A DNA stretch of 63,912 nucleotides, counting the filler, from Parasitella parasitica NRRL 2501 (Eukaryota; Fungi; Mucoromycota), in the NCBI GenBank assembly GCA_025201805.1. It is 14 parts of 14 records of this genome, joined end to end, with 100 filler letters (N's around TTAATTAATTAA, not from the genome) between each part and the next. Parts side by side here need not be neighbours in the genome. Positions count along the whole stretch, not along the records: positions 50,913 to 52,919 come from MU619262.1; positions 53,020 to 58,745 come from MU619340.1; positions 58,846 to 60,038 come from MU619666.1; positions 60,139 to 61,433 come from MU619650.1; positions 61,534 to 62,769 come from MU619661.1; positions 62,870 to 63,912 come from MU619439.1; 8 more parts are not named here. One strand, written 5' to 3'. The notes under the pieces were generated by a model. That model did not search any database, had not been told where the DNA came from, and worked only from the letters and a program-made list of their open reading frames with translations. A program made the translations under genes and the position numbers. This document shows positions 51,545 through 63,912 of the stretch, piece by piece. Positions within the stretch are counted from its first letter, which is position 1; each line of letters starts with the position of its first letter.

Positions 51545-52919
51545 GAACGTGCCCGAAACTACGCCAGACATAGAGCTGCGTCAAGGCCGACAGCACCGGC
51601 AGCACCCAGAGCACTCAGAGCACCCAGAGCACCCAGAGCACCCGCAGCTTTTGTTTCTGAATTGGCAAGAATGCGAATCTCTGATCTAGGGACGATGAAT
51701 GTTGAATGTGATGGTTGTGGTGCCTTGCATTGGGAAGCAGAAAGAGCTACCAATCAAACGAGAAACGACAATCGCTTCTATGCTTGCTGTAAAAAAGGAA
51801 AAAGGCTTTATTGCCCTTATTACAAGAACCGCCTGAGCCTTTGAATGGATTGATCAACGGAAGTCATCCACGCTCAGCGCATTTCTTGCAGCATATGAGA
51901 CGGTACAACACTTTGTTTGCGTTTACCTCATTTGGTACTGACGCCAACCCTGAGCAACTTCAGCGAGAGAGACAAGAAGAAATCAGAGGTGGAATCATTC
52001 CAGTTCGTGTTCATGGAGAACTGTATCATTTGCTAGCTCCTTTGAATTATTTGAACAACAGCCCAAAATACAACCAGCTGTATATTTATGATCCGGATTA
52101 TTCTGCTGCAATTCGATCTGCAGATCAACGGAATGAAGGGTTAGACGAGACAATCATTGAGCAGTTGAGCGAGATGATTGCTAATCCAGAAATTTGTGGC
52201 AACCCTTTTGTCCAAATATACAAGCACGCTCACGAAATTTTGAGAGAGGAAGAGGAGCGACAAGCCCTAAATGGTATCAACGAAGATGCTCACATCAGGC
52301 TCAACCCTCAGATGCGAATGGAGCTAATTGTTGGTGAAGACAGACGCACCCAAAATCTGCCAACTGTCAACGAGATTGCGGCTATTATACCCAACGAATA
52401 TGCTGACAGGAGTTTCAGAGATATTTTGATTACATATCGAAATAGCTCCTCCACCAGTGCTCAGGGCCTTTTCAAAAGAATTAATGAAACGCATGCTGCC
52501 TACATGCCTCTTCATTATGTCTTGCTTTTCCCTAGAGGCGAATATGGGTGGCATTGGGGCCTTCGCTTGCAATCACTTGATCAAGCCGTTAATGCCATGG
52601 CTGTTGATGATGAAGAAGGACAAGAAGTAGCCGCAGAAGAAGCAGACGAAGAAGAAGTAGCTGAAGGGGAACGTCAACCACAACAAAACAGACTCACCCA
52701 ACGAGTGTTTTACAGATTTAGATTGCATGTGAGAAATAATGAGTCGAAAATCATCTTCCTTTCAAAACGTCTATTCCAGCAATACGTGATTGATGCCTGG
52801 GCAGTTTGTGAGCAAACAAAACTGGATTGGATCAAAGCGAATCAATCAAACCTTAGAGCAGATGTCTACAAAGGCCTTGCTGATGCTATTAGTGCTGCTG
52901 ACGCAGACCTGGAAATGGT
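51545..52919 (+). mobile_element. Canonical Helitron RepHel N-terminal region (partial, frameshift near 51800)
   Basis: CDGCGALHWEAE, ACCKKG, RRYNTLFAFTSFG, QLYIYD, YMPLHYVLLFPRGEYGW, RLFQQYVIDAW, QSNLRADVYKGL. Confidence 0.9.
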
Positions 52920-53019
52920 NNNNNNNNNNNNNNNNNNNNNNNNNNNNNNNNNNNNNNNNNNNNTTAATTAATTAANNNNNNNNNNNNNNNNNNNNNNNNN
53001 NNNNNNNNNNNNNNNNNNN

Positions 53020-53241
53020 TTTTTTTATGGGATCTATCTTCCATTGAATACATGGCAAATCAAGAGGCGAATGGATCTGACGATACTTTTTCTCCTCGGG
53101 GTAAAGTAACTTCATACAAAAGCAGCAATGGCCGTCTGGTTTTTGCATGATAAAGTTTTGAAAAGATTTGATTTGTGCCTTTTCTCCATTTGTAAAGGAT
53201 GACAAGTTTCTGTCTTCGACTCGAAATACAAAAAGAGACAT
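53020..53241 (-). pseudogene. N-terminus of a second, divergent HLE2-like RepHel (cut by the contig end)
   Basis: 43 of 74 residues identical to the protein starting at 41899, including KPxGxCCxCMKxLYPE and DLPCIxWK. Confidence 0.85.
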
Positions 53242-53397
53242 AGTATTAATTATTTGATTTAGATAGTAAAACCTTTCAAGTTGAATTGAAAGAGACAAAA
53301 AAGATACTTAAAACAAAGCTATTTATAAAGCAAAAGAAGAAAGCTTGATTTTTCAATGTTTTGAAATGCACGATAAATTTAACATTAACCTTGCATA

Positions 53398-55680
53398 TAC
53401 TGTATATTCTTCCAATCGTGCCTCCAAACCCACGTCTTCTGGGCGCCCACTCTTTGGCCTTTTTTGTTCATGCCACACGTATTGCTCCGGAAAGTTTGGG
53501 TATAGTATGCCTCTTGCGTTTACATCGGTTTGGTTGATCTTGAACCAAGCGGTAAGAGTTGTCTCTTGAATCATTGATCTTTGTATGACAATGCTAATGT
53601 CATCGTCTTCATTAAAATAAACAGGATTTTCACCCTCCAAATAAATAGCCAGTCGTTGATGAGCAGGAAATTCTCTGTGCATACTAAATGAAAATAGTCT
53701 CCAACACGCTTCTGGTGCGGAAACATATTTAGCATCGATAAAAGCTTTGATTTCATCTTGTTGTTCGACTGACATGGAAGCTCGATCATGCCCTTTGTAA
53801 ACATACTTATAAAAGTATTTGATGCTATTAATTGATGAACATAGCTCCACATTAATATGAGCATCGTATTTGGTGCAGAGGTAAAGATTATGGGATACCA
53901 CCCATCTGTTATCTATGTTAATGTTCTGTCTGTTCACAACTTTTGTTACAAATCTGCCGTTGTTTCGTCTTCTATAAATTGGATAACCACCCCCTTCATT
54001 GGTAGATGTTTCTTCAGTAAAATCTCGTGAATATTTTTTTGTACAGCAACCAAGAACAGGGTCCATGCATGCAGCGTCTGTATTAAGCAATTCATGTCCA
54101 GGAACCATATTTTTAACAACAGTTTCATAAGCTAAAGGATATCTGGTATCTCGGCAGAAATGATCTTGTCGTAATCATCAGCCGTTTGCGGCTTATCAGC
54201 AGGGTCGACTATGAGAAGAATATGTGCGTGTGGGAGGCCTCTTTTCTGATATTCGATAGTATAAATATATGCAATTGCTTTTCCCAAAACATTCTTTTTT
54301 GTCAAATCATTCATAACCTCACGAAGCTTTAAATAAAAGACTCTCGTACATAAATCCGGACGATCAGAAGCCTTTTGATTGAACAGAAGACTACTTTGGA
54401 TCTCTGGCCATGATGGATTTCAGGTAAAGTTGATGAAGAAGTCGGGCTTTCCAAAGCGTCTAACAATACTTAGGGCACCCTGATAAAGTTGAACCATGTG
54501 TCTAGGACCCCTAATGGAAGATGATGGCAAGATTACTTTGATGCTAGTGCGAGATAATATCTCTGCTGTATTGTTGCCATCACTAAAATCATTGGCTTCT
54601 ACAGCATCTACTAAACCTTGATAGTGTTCACATTTTAGACGACTTTGGTTAAGGCGAATGTAAGAAAAAGCCTATTCTGTTCCATCTTTGCATACATGCC
54701 CACAATAAACTGATGAAACAAATGAAGATGATGCTCTCTTTGTGGTCGATACATAAGCTTAAATGAATAATATTCCATTACAGAAACCTTTCCATTGCCC
54801 AAAGTGTTGTACGTATTGATGTTCCATCCTGTTTCACCCTCTGGAAATAAAAGAACATAATGCAATGGGTCGTAGAACTGATTCATTTCGCTGATCCTGC
54901 TCAAACTGTTATCTCTCAACTTAATAACAATATCGCGGGCTGATGGGTTTGGATTGCTCTCATCTGCGTTGCCTCCTATGATTACGAGTCCAATTTCAGA
55001 TTCTCCCGTCGGTCTATTGTATCATCTACGATCTGGTAATCCTTCAGCTCTAAATACCATCTTAATCTCCTCAAGGTCATCAATGCTGGCTCCCGCTTGA
55101 TTACCTGCTCTTCCCCTTTTTGTTCATTGGCAATTTTTATCAGGGATCTACGGCCTTATTAGATAATCAGGGACAGAGTACTAAGAGAAGATATGCAGAA
55201 GTTTATTTCAAATAAGGAGGAGGCTATGATTTAATAAGGGAAAGGTGGAGAAAGATAAGAAGATTGCTAGGGATATTTAATAAGGGAATTCGATGAGGAG
55301 ATCTGACGAAGGAAACTTTTCTTTGCTGGTCAAAATGGCCTCTATTTATACTTTTTTGCGAGCTGTCTAGTTCACTGAAATGTGAACTAGATTATTTACT
55401 ATAGCGTGAATCAATTAGGTAAATAGGATATCGTGGATCAATAAGTCAATAGTATAATGTGGATGAGTAAGGCAAGAATGACAGTGTGAATCAGAGAGGC
55501 AAGAATGCAATGTGGATTGATTAGGGAAGAACGAGGTGATATATATTTTTAGATCAAGATGTATAATTGTTTGGGCTTGAAGGATCGACAGGTTCATGAC
55601 AATTTCAATCATACTCTTAAAATGTTGCACGTGAGGATTTAATCCGCGCATCATACGTTGTAAACAATCTAAAGCTGTGC
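53398..55680 (-). pseudogene. Decayed canonical Helitron Rep
   Basis: YDPLHYVLLFPEGETGW, EYQKRGLPHAHIL, HINVE, IKYFYKYVYKGHD, YVSAPEACWRLF. Stops and frameshifts; interrupted by a ~460-bp insertion flanked by GTTCAT (55122-55127 and 55592-55597). Confidence 0.92.
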
Positions 55681-57311
55681 TAGACAGATGTGGAGCTACG
55701 GCATGTCTGTTACTTAATTCCTCTGCAGCGTCATAAAAATATAAATCTGAGCGAATTTTGGTCTCTCTCCGTTTTGGGGCAATGCAGATCCAATCAAATG
55801 ATAAGCACTTTCTTGAATACGAAAAGTGTAAGGTCCATTTCTTTCGTCGGCCAATTTGAGATCAAGATTAACACCCAGAGAAGTAAAACTGTTGGGTTAA
55901 AAAGATAATAAAAACCAAATGTTAACGTGATACGAAAACTTAAAGATAATTTATTTAAGATCGAAATTGCATCTGCTATTTATACTTTTTACAACTATAT
56001 AAATTTATGGTGACTTATTTAGATTACTAATTGACAAGACTAATTCACAGTGACAATCTACTTGACAGGGTACGATATGAGGTTATCACAGCCAAAGATT
56101 CTTTTAAACCAAATAGGAAATGAAATGTTAAAAAAACATCTCCTTTTTTATTATAGCTTGAACCTTAAAAGATTAACACAAAATGCCATATACAATTCAC
56201 TACATATAATCCCCCCCCCCATTTTTATATTTAAAAAAATTTTCGTTGCAAAATATTTTGGCTTGGTAAAAAATGATTTTTATTATTATTGTAGCTAATA
56301 TACAGTGGTTGAACAGTAGCTGCAGTATACTGTATTATATACATAATACTAGCGTACGTATCATAGGAAGAATTATTGACAGTATGGTGGCCAGATTCAA
56401 GAAGCAATGCTAAACAAACCATTTCCTGGAACCGATCCTAAATAAAAAAAAAGACGCGTGTTAAGTTCTAGAGATGGTTCAAATTATAAGTTAAGCTTAC
56501 ATACCTCAAGTGAAGGGTTCAACTCCTGGTGTATAATATGCTATTCAGTATAGTTATCTAGGGCACAGTACAAAGACCACAACAAGGGGGTTACCTAGGT
56601 TTTGTAAAAAAATATTCGTTTGAGAAGTGGTTCTGATGTTTTTATGATAGCTTACTTTTATTCTAAACAACTTATTTTGTAGTAATAAGGCATTTAGATC
56701 TTGAAAAGTATGATTTAGTCGCAGCTATTTACAGTAATAAAAACTTATAAACCCTACCTTTTTGTGTTGTGATGAAACTGTGAAGAAAAAAAGGAGATGT
56801 TGAGATCTGCAAGATCGAAATAAGAAAAGTATAATATAAAACGTTGAATTAACNNNNNNNNNNNNNNNNNNNNNNNNNNNNNNNNNNNNNNNNNNNNNNN
56901 NNNNNNNNNNNNNNNNNNNNNNNNNNNNNNNNNNNNNNNNNNNNNNNNNNNNNNNNNNNNNNNNNNNNNNNNNNNNNNNNNNNNNNNNNNNNNNNNNNNN
57001 NNNNNNNNNNNNNNNNNNNNNNNNNNNNNNNNNNNNNNNNNNNNNNNNNNNNNNNNNNNNNNNNNNNNNNNNNNNNNNNNNNNNNNNNNNNNNNNNNNNN
57101 NNNNNNNNNNNNNNNNNNNNNNNNNNNNNNNNNNNNNNNNNNNNNNNNNNNNNNNNNNNNNNNNNNNNNNNNNNNNNNNNNNNNNNNNNNNNNNNNNNNN
57201 NNNNNNNNNNNNNNNNNNNNNNNNNNNNNNNNNNNNNNNNNNNNNNNNNNNNNNNNNNNNNNNNNNNNNNNNNNNNNNTTTACTCGAAAAAATGCAGAAG
57301 ACGTCAAAGTT

Positions 57312-58034
57312 ATGTTCATCAAAGGCTATGAGGTGATTCCTGTCAACAACGACAGGACTAATTTCGCTATTTCTTTGGAGCCATTTGATATGCCTGCTTT
57401 GTCTTTTATGGGCTCTCTCCAAAAAATACACCTTTCATATAATAATTCGACTCAGTATAGATTTTCAAAAGAAAACTATCAAGTTTATGAAATGGGAAAT
57501 TTTGAAGATAACCAGCGACAACTTTGGGAAGATCGCCATTATTGTGCTGCATTTATGTAAAAGACCAAGGACGAACGGCGACTTTATGAAAACTGTGGTG
57601 GTGCCAATTACGCTATTCTCGGACGATACTTCTGGAAACTTATCAAAACAGTTCAACCTGTTTGATAATTATACGGTGACTCCAGCCGCAATGTCTTTTG
57701 ACAGCAGAGGCTCCAGAAACAATACGTACTTTTTGTGCACAGCAAACAAAAAGCTGTCGGCAGTCGACATGCTTCCCGCTATTGTCGATGACTTGCAAAT
57801 GCTGGAAAATGGCATAGAGGTTTACTCAGAAATCTATTAAGATTACGTGATGATGATTGCTCCCTTGTTGTTCACACAAGGTGATAACTACCGTCAATCC
57901 CAGCTTTCGATGAATAAGGGTAGTGGAGCCACACATAACTGCAGGAAATGCCTATTGAAGTCGACAAAAAATCCCAATCCAAAGTTAAGAGCTAATGCCA
58001 CTGCTGCTAGCCGTGAAAAGTTCAACAACAGGAC
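57312..58034 (+). pseudogene. CMC/EnSpm-like DDE transposase fragment
   Basis: VVPITLFSDDTSGNLSKQFN, IVDDLQMLENGI, GDNYRQSQL...CRKC. One stop; truncated by an L3 repeat. Confidence 0.65.
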
Positions 58035-58156
58035 TGTTGGATCAAAAAAGATAGAATAAAAACCAAAGGTTAACGAGATACGAAAACTTAAAAATACTTT
58101 ATTTAAGATCGAAATTGCATCGGATATTTATACTTTTTACAACTACATAAATTTAT

Positions 58157-58450
58157 CACTATGGCCTCGCCGATGTTCTCATGAGAATATATATGTGCAT
58201 GAACGGGAACATTCTTTAGAGCCAAAAAAAGTGCTTATCGAGCTAGGTTAAGGCGATAAATGTGCTCATGCGAGAGCAAAAATTGAAACATCTTAAATGA
58301 TCACATTTTTATGCTTAAATGAGCACATAAATTACTAATTTCATAGGCTTAAAATTACGCTCAAAAGGCTTGAAAAAATGTGCTCATGAAGCGAAAATGT
58401 GCCCGTACACTCAAAATAATTACTCAAAAAAGTAAAATTTGCGTATAAAA
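58157..58450 (+). mobile_element. CACTA element terminus with subterminal repeats
   Basis: Starts CACTATGGCCTCGCCGATGTTCTC; repeated TGTGCTCA / TGAGCACA. Confidence 0.8.
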
Positions 58451-58845
58451 ATGTAGCTGTAAGTTTTGTCAATTTTTGTAGTATGGATCAGTAATTTATT
58501 ATTGCTTTCATTTCATATCGTTACATACAATATTGTCTTGATTATGTAGCCTTTGGTTCACACAGGCAATTATGGAAAACAGTACAAGGTTAGCTATTAC
58601 CCGATTTGAAATTGAAGCAACTGCTGAGGTATTTGCTATATACAAGAAAAATGCATCAGTAAAATAAATTTTGTTGGCGACAATAACAAATAACCACCTA
58701 CATTAATTGTGAAAAGAGATGATACACTACAACATCATATAAAATNNNNNNNNNNNNNNNNNNNNNNNNNNNNNNNNNNNNNNNNNNNNTTAATTAATTA
58801 ANNNNNNNNNNNNNNNNNNNNNNNNNNNNNNNNNNNNNNNNNNNN

Positions 58846-60038
58846 GCCTTTCGTAAATTGACAGATTGAGGAGCCTTTTTACGTTTACCAACAGCTTGAG
58901 CACCGTCTCTTCTACCCCAATATATTTCTATATGTTTAGTAGAATCGAAGTTCTCAACAGGTTCCCAAGTATCCTCTTCAGGATCAGGAAATCCTTTCCA
59001 CTGTACCCTATATAAATAGTTGCCAGACGAACCTTTATGATCTACAACAGCTTGGATTTCATAGTGATGTTTGGTAAATTCATCACTTGTTGTAGGTGTA
59101 AGGTTGGCAGCAGCCTTATATATAATGTGATGTGTAGGTACATCTCTACTCAACAGAGCGCCGGTTTTATCCATTAAAGTATAGGCACCATTATCGGTAA
59201 CCTTGTGAATCAAGTAAGGCCCTTCGTACCGTTCATCTAGCTTGTTCTGACGATGCACATTTTTGATCATCACTTGACTACCAATTGGATATGGAGTATC
59301 TATGATTTTATGCTTCTTTGCAAACTTAGCATGATCAGTACTTTGTGTTTCCAAGATACGTTTTGAGATAGCAGGAATAAGAATATCTTGAACGAATCTA
59401 TAGCGTTCATTTATGATCTTCTCATCAGCCATTTCAGAACTGGGAGTTGGATCAATCTTTGAATAGTCAGCAAGACCATTTGGTTGGCGATTGAATACTA
59501 TGCTATACGGACGAGATTTATGTAATCTTGTATATTTGACATTCATACAATAATTAACCCAGGGAATATAGTGTTCCCATTGATCTCTTTTGCCTTTGAG
59601 CATCTTAATGGTGATTGCTTTTGAGTTTTTAATAAAAGCTTCCGCTAATGCGTTCCCTAATGGGTTATAGCTAAGACTCAAGCGTTTATCAATACCACTA
59701 ATTTCCATCATAGCATTGACAATTTCATTAACCCACTCAGCTCCACGGTCTGAGGTAAGAGTTTTCGCCCAGCCAAAGAGGCTGAATATTTGCAACAGTT
59801 CTCTAGCAATAGTAGTTGCATGTTTATCAGGAATACATCTAATGATAGTAAACCTGGAAAAAAGGTCCGTTAATACAAATATAAAATTGCTTCCAAAAGA
59901 ACTAGTGACTCCCATATCACCCAGGTCCATACACCAGTGATCTAGAGGTTGATCAGCTTTAGGGCTACGAAAGGGATGATAACCTTCTTTTGCAATATTA
60001 TACTTATTGCATTCGATGCAATTAGCTAAAATACGCTC
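58846..60038 (-). mobile_element. Ty3/Gypsy integrase + chromodomain (partial, open frame)
   Basis: MDLG, SDRGAEW, NALAE, YEGPY, YRVQWKGFPDPEEDTWEP. Confidence 0.92.
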
Positions 60039-60138
60039 NNNNNNNNNNNNNNNNNNNNNNNNNNNNNNNNNNNNNNNNNNNNTTAATTAATTAANNNNNN
60101 NNNNNNNNNNNNNNNNNNNNNNNNNNNNNNNNNNNNNN

Positions 60139-61433
60139 AATCATAAAAACAAAAAAACAGGGTTTCCCCCTGTTCTGATGTAGGGCGGAGCTTAAAGTTT
60201 GACCAAAAATAGAAATTGGTAAAATTTCAATGAATACCCCCCCTAAATAGCCGAAAAATGCCTTACCACACTTCACAGCTTTGAATAAAATGGCCCATCT
60301 CAAGAACTGCTAGGGTAAGCACAGTTAATGAGTAGAAACACCCTACATGCTTCTGTAACACTCCAACTTACGGTTTTTTTCACATCCAATTAGCGGTTCT
60401 GCCATCTTCAATGCTATGCCATCCACTTGACATGGAGAACCAAACTACAAAAGTAGAACAAAAAAAATTTTCAGTTAGTAAAAAAGCTCTTACGAAAATA
60501 TGATAAATAATAATACCTGAATGAATTACTGCACTAGGAACAGGCCATCCTGTAGATTGTTTTCTTGTGATAGATTCTATAGAAAACGCGTATGAGAGTG
60601 TTAGTTAGCGTCTTTTAGAAAACGCGGATAATATTTACTGTTTTTAAAGAAAAAACTCGACTTTCCCACAATCAAAGAGGTAGTATAACGTATAATACCA
60701 GCAATAATGAATACAAAGTGCATGCGTTTGCATCGTAGATAATCAAAGATAAGAGTATATAATAGTAACATAATAGCGTAGTAGAAGTAGAGAAGCAGCA
60801 AAAAAAAAGGGGGAGGTGAGTTGCCAATTTTTTATTACGCCTAACAGTGACCGTATTTTTGCGTAAACAGCAAATGCATGCAACACAGCAAACAATATAA
60901 ATTGGCTAAACTAGGGGAAAAACTATAATCTGATGCACCAAAGCTATGTGATAAGTAAACTTAATGTTGTTGAATATAATATCTTTTATGTTTTGAAAAT
61001 TGGTTGTTTGGGAGAAAAGTTATTTCAATCTAAAGTCTTGATGAAAAAAGGAAAAAAGGGGAAAAACAGTTATATCAAGTCTCATAGTTCTGATCTAGAC
61101 TTTTACTTATGACAGCCGAGTTTGAATGCATTGTAGCATTCGAATGGTGTATTATAATTGACGTATGGGTTGTTTCTCGTATCTCTACACTGCTTAAAAC
61201 AAATAAGCGAAATTGAGAAATTTGCGACATACATCAGTATTATTTTGAAGATATTACACGGTTATAACGTATTTTGTGCTTTTTTTTGGCATTGTATTCA
61301 AAATATAGAGATTCTGATCTATCTTTTACTACTGATTTCTGGAAAAGAGATGATTTCATACTGATGATATATCATGTTATAGTTATCAGTTATACCTCCA
61401 AAGCCTTTGATTGAGCAATTAGCTGAATTTAAA
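60139..61433. repeat. Repeat family A copy (inverted, diverged)
   Basis: Reverse complement aligns to about 69-1325. Confidence 0.85.
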
Positions 61434-61533
61434 NNNNNNNNNNNNNNNNNNNNNNNNNNNNNNNNNNNNNNNNNNNNTTAATTAATTAANNNNNNNNNNN
61501 NNNNNNNNNNNNNNNNNNNNNNNNNNNNNNNNN

Positions 61534-61571
<38 letters not shown>

Positions 61572-61573
61572 AT

Positions 61574-62458
61574 ATGTATGCGTACAAAATGCTTTTTGTG
61601 TTTTCGCTTTCATTTTTTCTTTTCTTTTACCAAATGTTCCAAACAGCAAGCCAAGAGAAATTGGATTCTTTAATGGCAGTTCATCGCCCATATCAATGCG
61701 ATTTCTGTTTCAAATCATTTTATAGATTAGAGCATAAAGTACGACATGTTAGGACCCACACTGGAGAAAAACCCCATATTTGTACCTTTGATCAATGTGA
61801 CAAAAAATTTGCTCGTTCAGACGAATTAAGTAGACATATGCGTGTTCACAGTGCTCCTCCTACCATCTTACTACAAAGACGCAGAAAGATTCGTAGATTT
61901 CAAAAAACAAAATCTAGATCAAAAGACGACGAAGAAGCATATTTGAAGCAACAACAACATTGCTCAATCCTACGATTCATCCACCCTTCCGCTGCCGCTA
62001 TAAATATGTCTGTTTGTCCTATATCTGATACTAACAAGGCCACAACAATAACAAATAAATGTCGTACTAGTCCCTACAAACAAGCGTCGAGTACCAAATT
62101 GAATCATTGCCCGGTACCTACATGCTTCAAATCATTTTGGCGTAAAGGGCAATTATCCCGACATATACAAAAGCAACACAACGTAGCATCATTTTGCGAC
62201 AATGACAACGTTGACAGTATTCACAAGGCTGCTACTATTGCTGTTACCCCTCCTCCTACCGCTATAGCTTCTACGTACACTAGCAGCTCAGAAGAAGATG
62301 TGCCTAGTCCTGAAGCAGAGCAAGAATTTGTTGGGATAAAGCAAGAGATGTATCTGCCGCCGCTGGATGACAACAACAGCTCTGCTTGGGATTATCGTTT
62401 ACCTTCGATCAAATCTTTATTGCATTTCGCTACACAAACACCACAGGGCTACAGCTGA
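61574..62458 (+). CDS. C2H2 zinc-finger transcription factor, CreA/Mig1-like
   Basis: [30 protein letters not shown]....[18 protein letters not shown], a third C2H2 finger, and C-terminal LPSIKSLL. The true start may be a downstream Met. Confidence 0.85.
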   Translation: MYAYKMLFVFSLSFFLFFYQMFQTASQEKLDSLMAVHRPYQCDFCFKSFYRLEHKVRHVRTHTGEKPHICTFDQCDKKFARSDELSRHMRVHSAPPTILLQRRRKIRRFQKTKSRSKDDEEAYLKQQQHCSILRFIHPSAAAINMSVCPISDTNKATTITNKCRTSPYKQASSTKLNHCPVPTCFKSFWRKGQLSRHIQKQHNVASFCDNDNVDSIHKAATIAVTPPPTAIASTYTSSSEEDVPSPEAEQEFVGIKQEMYLPPLDDNNSSAWDYRLPSIKSLLHFATQTPQGYS

Positions 62459-62869
62459 TTATTCACAACAAGCTAGTCATTCCTACCCCTTTTTTTCTCT
62501 CCTGTTCTTTTCTTTTGCAGTTCATTTCATGTATACATACATTCATTTAAATTCTGTATCAGCTATAAATATACATTTAAGATTTGTACAGTCGTATAAA
62601 TATAATCAGTACATATGTATACATGCAAGCCATTTTTTTTTCTCAATAAAGTATATTGTAAATATTAGATAATGATTTTTGTTTTATCTACAGTCTTTGG
62701 AAAGGAGTAAATATAATAACTATCAAAGAGGGGAGAAGATATAAATTGATGATTGAAAAAGAAAAAAAANNNNNNNNNNNNNNNNNNNNNNNNNNNNNNN
62801 NNNNNNNNNNNNNTTAATTAATTAANNNNNNNNNNNNNNNNNNNNNNNNNNNNNNNNNNNNNNNNNNNN

Positions 62870-63865
62870 ACATCTCGCGAGTGGGAATTTTTCTCTTTGT
62901 CCGCTTCACTCTCCTTGCTAGTATCATTTCTTGGGTCATAATCATCTGAGGTAATTTTCTTGTGCTCAGCAATAATTTCTTCGCATTCTCTTTCGAGTGT
63001 TGCATTAGCTCTAGTACCCCATTCATCATCTTCTTCAATAAAAAAAAAAGATATGGTCAGGTAGAGTCGGCATGTAAATCATATGTTATACTACTAATAC
63101 CATTTTCATTATCATGCTGGTTTTTTACTGTATGCGTGTCATCATCGCTATCTATAAAATTATTGTTGCTGTGATTTTCCTTCCCGGCTCCATCGGCATT
63201 GGTTTCAGTATCATAGTCTTCGAAACGTTGAAGATTCTGCAATTCTGCAAAGACGGCATTATGTTCCTCTTCATCATCCATTTCGCCCTGTTTTCTTTGA
63301 TTTTTTCTTTGGTCCCTTGCATTTGAGGACTCTGGTAACTCTTCCTCATCGTCATGCTGACTCTCTTCATCTGTGTCTGAAAAATCTTGATCTATGAATA
63401 AACTAAATCAACATTTGCACCGTTCTGAATACAATAGAGAATGCATTGTTACCAACATCTTCTTCGTCTTGCTGTTGGGGTTTAAATCCATTGGAGAAAT
63501 AAAATTCAGGTTCCTCCGTAAATGTTTGATTCTTTGAGAGATTCACAACAAAATAGCCTTGTTTTTGCCCCTCTTCGATCTCCACTGGTGCGATGCTTGG
63601 GTGCACCAATTTTTTTAGCTTATTTGAAACCAATGGTATGCATGGCAAAATCGATATATAAACTGCTCTCAAATGAAATTTCTCTTCCACTGTGATTCCT
63701 ATAAAGTTTATTTGAATCGGTTGCTGTCGCATGGAACCAGAAACAGACACAAGAAGAGGTTCTTTGTTATTGGAAAGGTCATTAAAAGTCCAATCAGCAT
63801 TATATGCTCTTAAGGCTGCTAAACAAAGTGTTTTGTCTAAAATTACTTTCACGCTATAGCGTCTT
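62870..63865 (-). CDS. Divergent homologue of the element-borne SSB-like/acidic gene (partial)
   Basis: RYSVK...VSGSMRQQ...VEEKFHLRAV...PCIP..NKLKK; the next exon DEESQHDDEEEL...QGEMDDEEE matches DEESRHEDSEEL...QGEVDEEEE at about 44670-44780. Confidence 0.8.
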
Positions 63866-63912
63866 GAAGAAAATTGACCCAATTTTTCAATTTAACGGTC
63901 TTTGATACAGCA

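Noticed and set aside
53353-53460. C-terminal SGRPEDVGLEARLEEY... as a separate accessory protein
   Set aside because: A shifted frame gives the normal Helitron sequence EWAPRRRGFGGTIGRIY, so this is a frameshift artefact.
16988-62869. Recurrent TTAATTAATTAA palindrome and gene neighbourhoods across it
   Set aside because: Artificial linker flanked by fixed N runs; adjacency across linkers has no biological meaning.

Overview
AT-rich eukaryotic DNA with short GT-AG introns, most consistent with a Mucorales-type fungus (inferred from gene and transposon content). The window is not one locus: 14 contigs are joined by 13 artificial 100-nt linkers (N44-TTAATTAATTAA-N44), and there are three internal N gaps. 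Most of it is nested transposon sequence: a near full-length Ty3/Gypsy chromovirus-type element (4649-10688, TSD GTGGA), several solo-LTR families, CACTA ends, DIRS-like, Tc1/IS630-like and CMC-like fragments, and decayed canonical Helitrons. Host genes include a BABAM1/MERIT40-like gene, a coiled-coil gene, a winged-helix + APSES factor, a purple acid phosphatase, a CreA/Mig1-like zinc finger, a Val/Thr/Ser repeat protein and tRNA-Gln(TTG). The standout is a 10,405-bp element (37430-47834). It has 17-bp terminal inverted repeats, is flanked by a 3-bp direct repeat (AGT), and splits the coding sequence of a canonical Helitron. It encodes an intact 4-exon HUH-Rep/Pif1 protein of the Helentron/HLE2 type (1316 aa), an intact unknown 261-aa protein and a divergently oriented SSB/OB-fold-like gene with an acidic/AT-hook tail. 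No DDE transposase or tyrosine recombinase is visible. Divergent homologues of its Rep N-terminus and SSB-like gene occur on two other contigs, so it appears to be a family.
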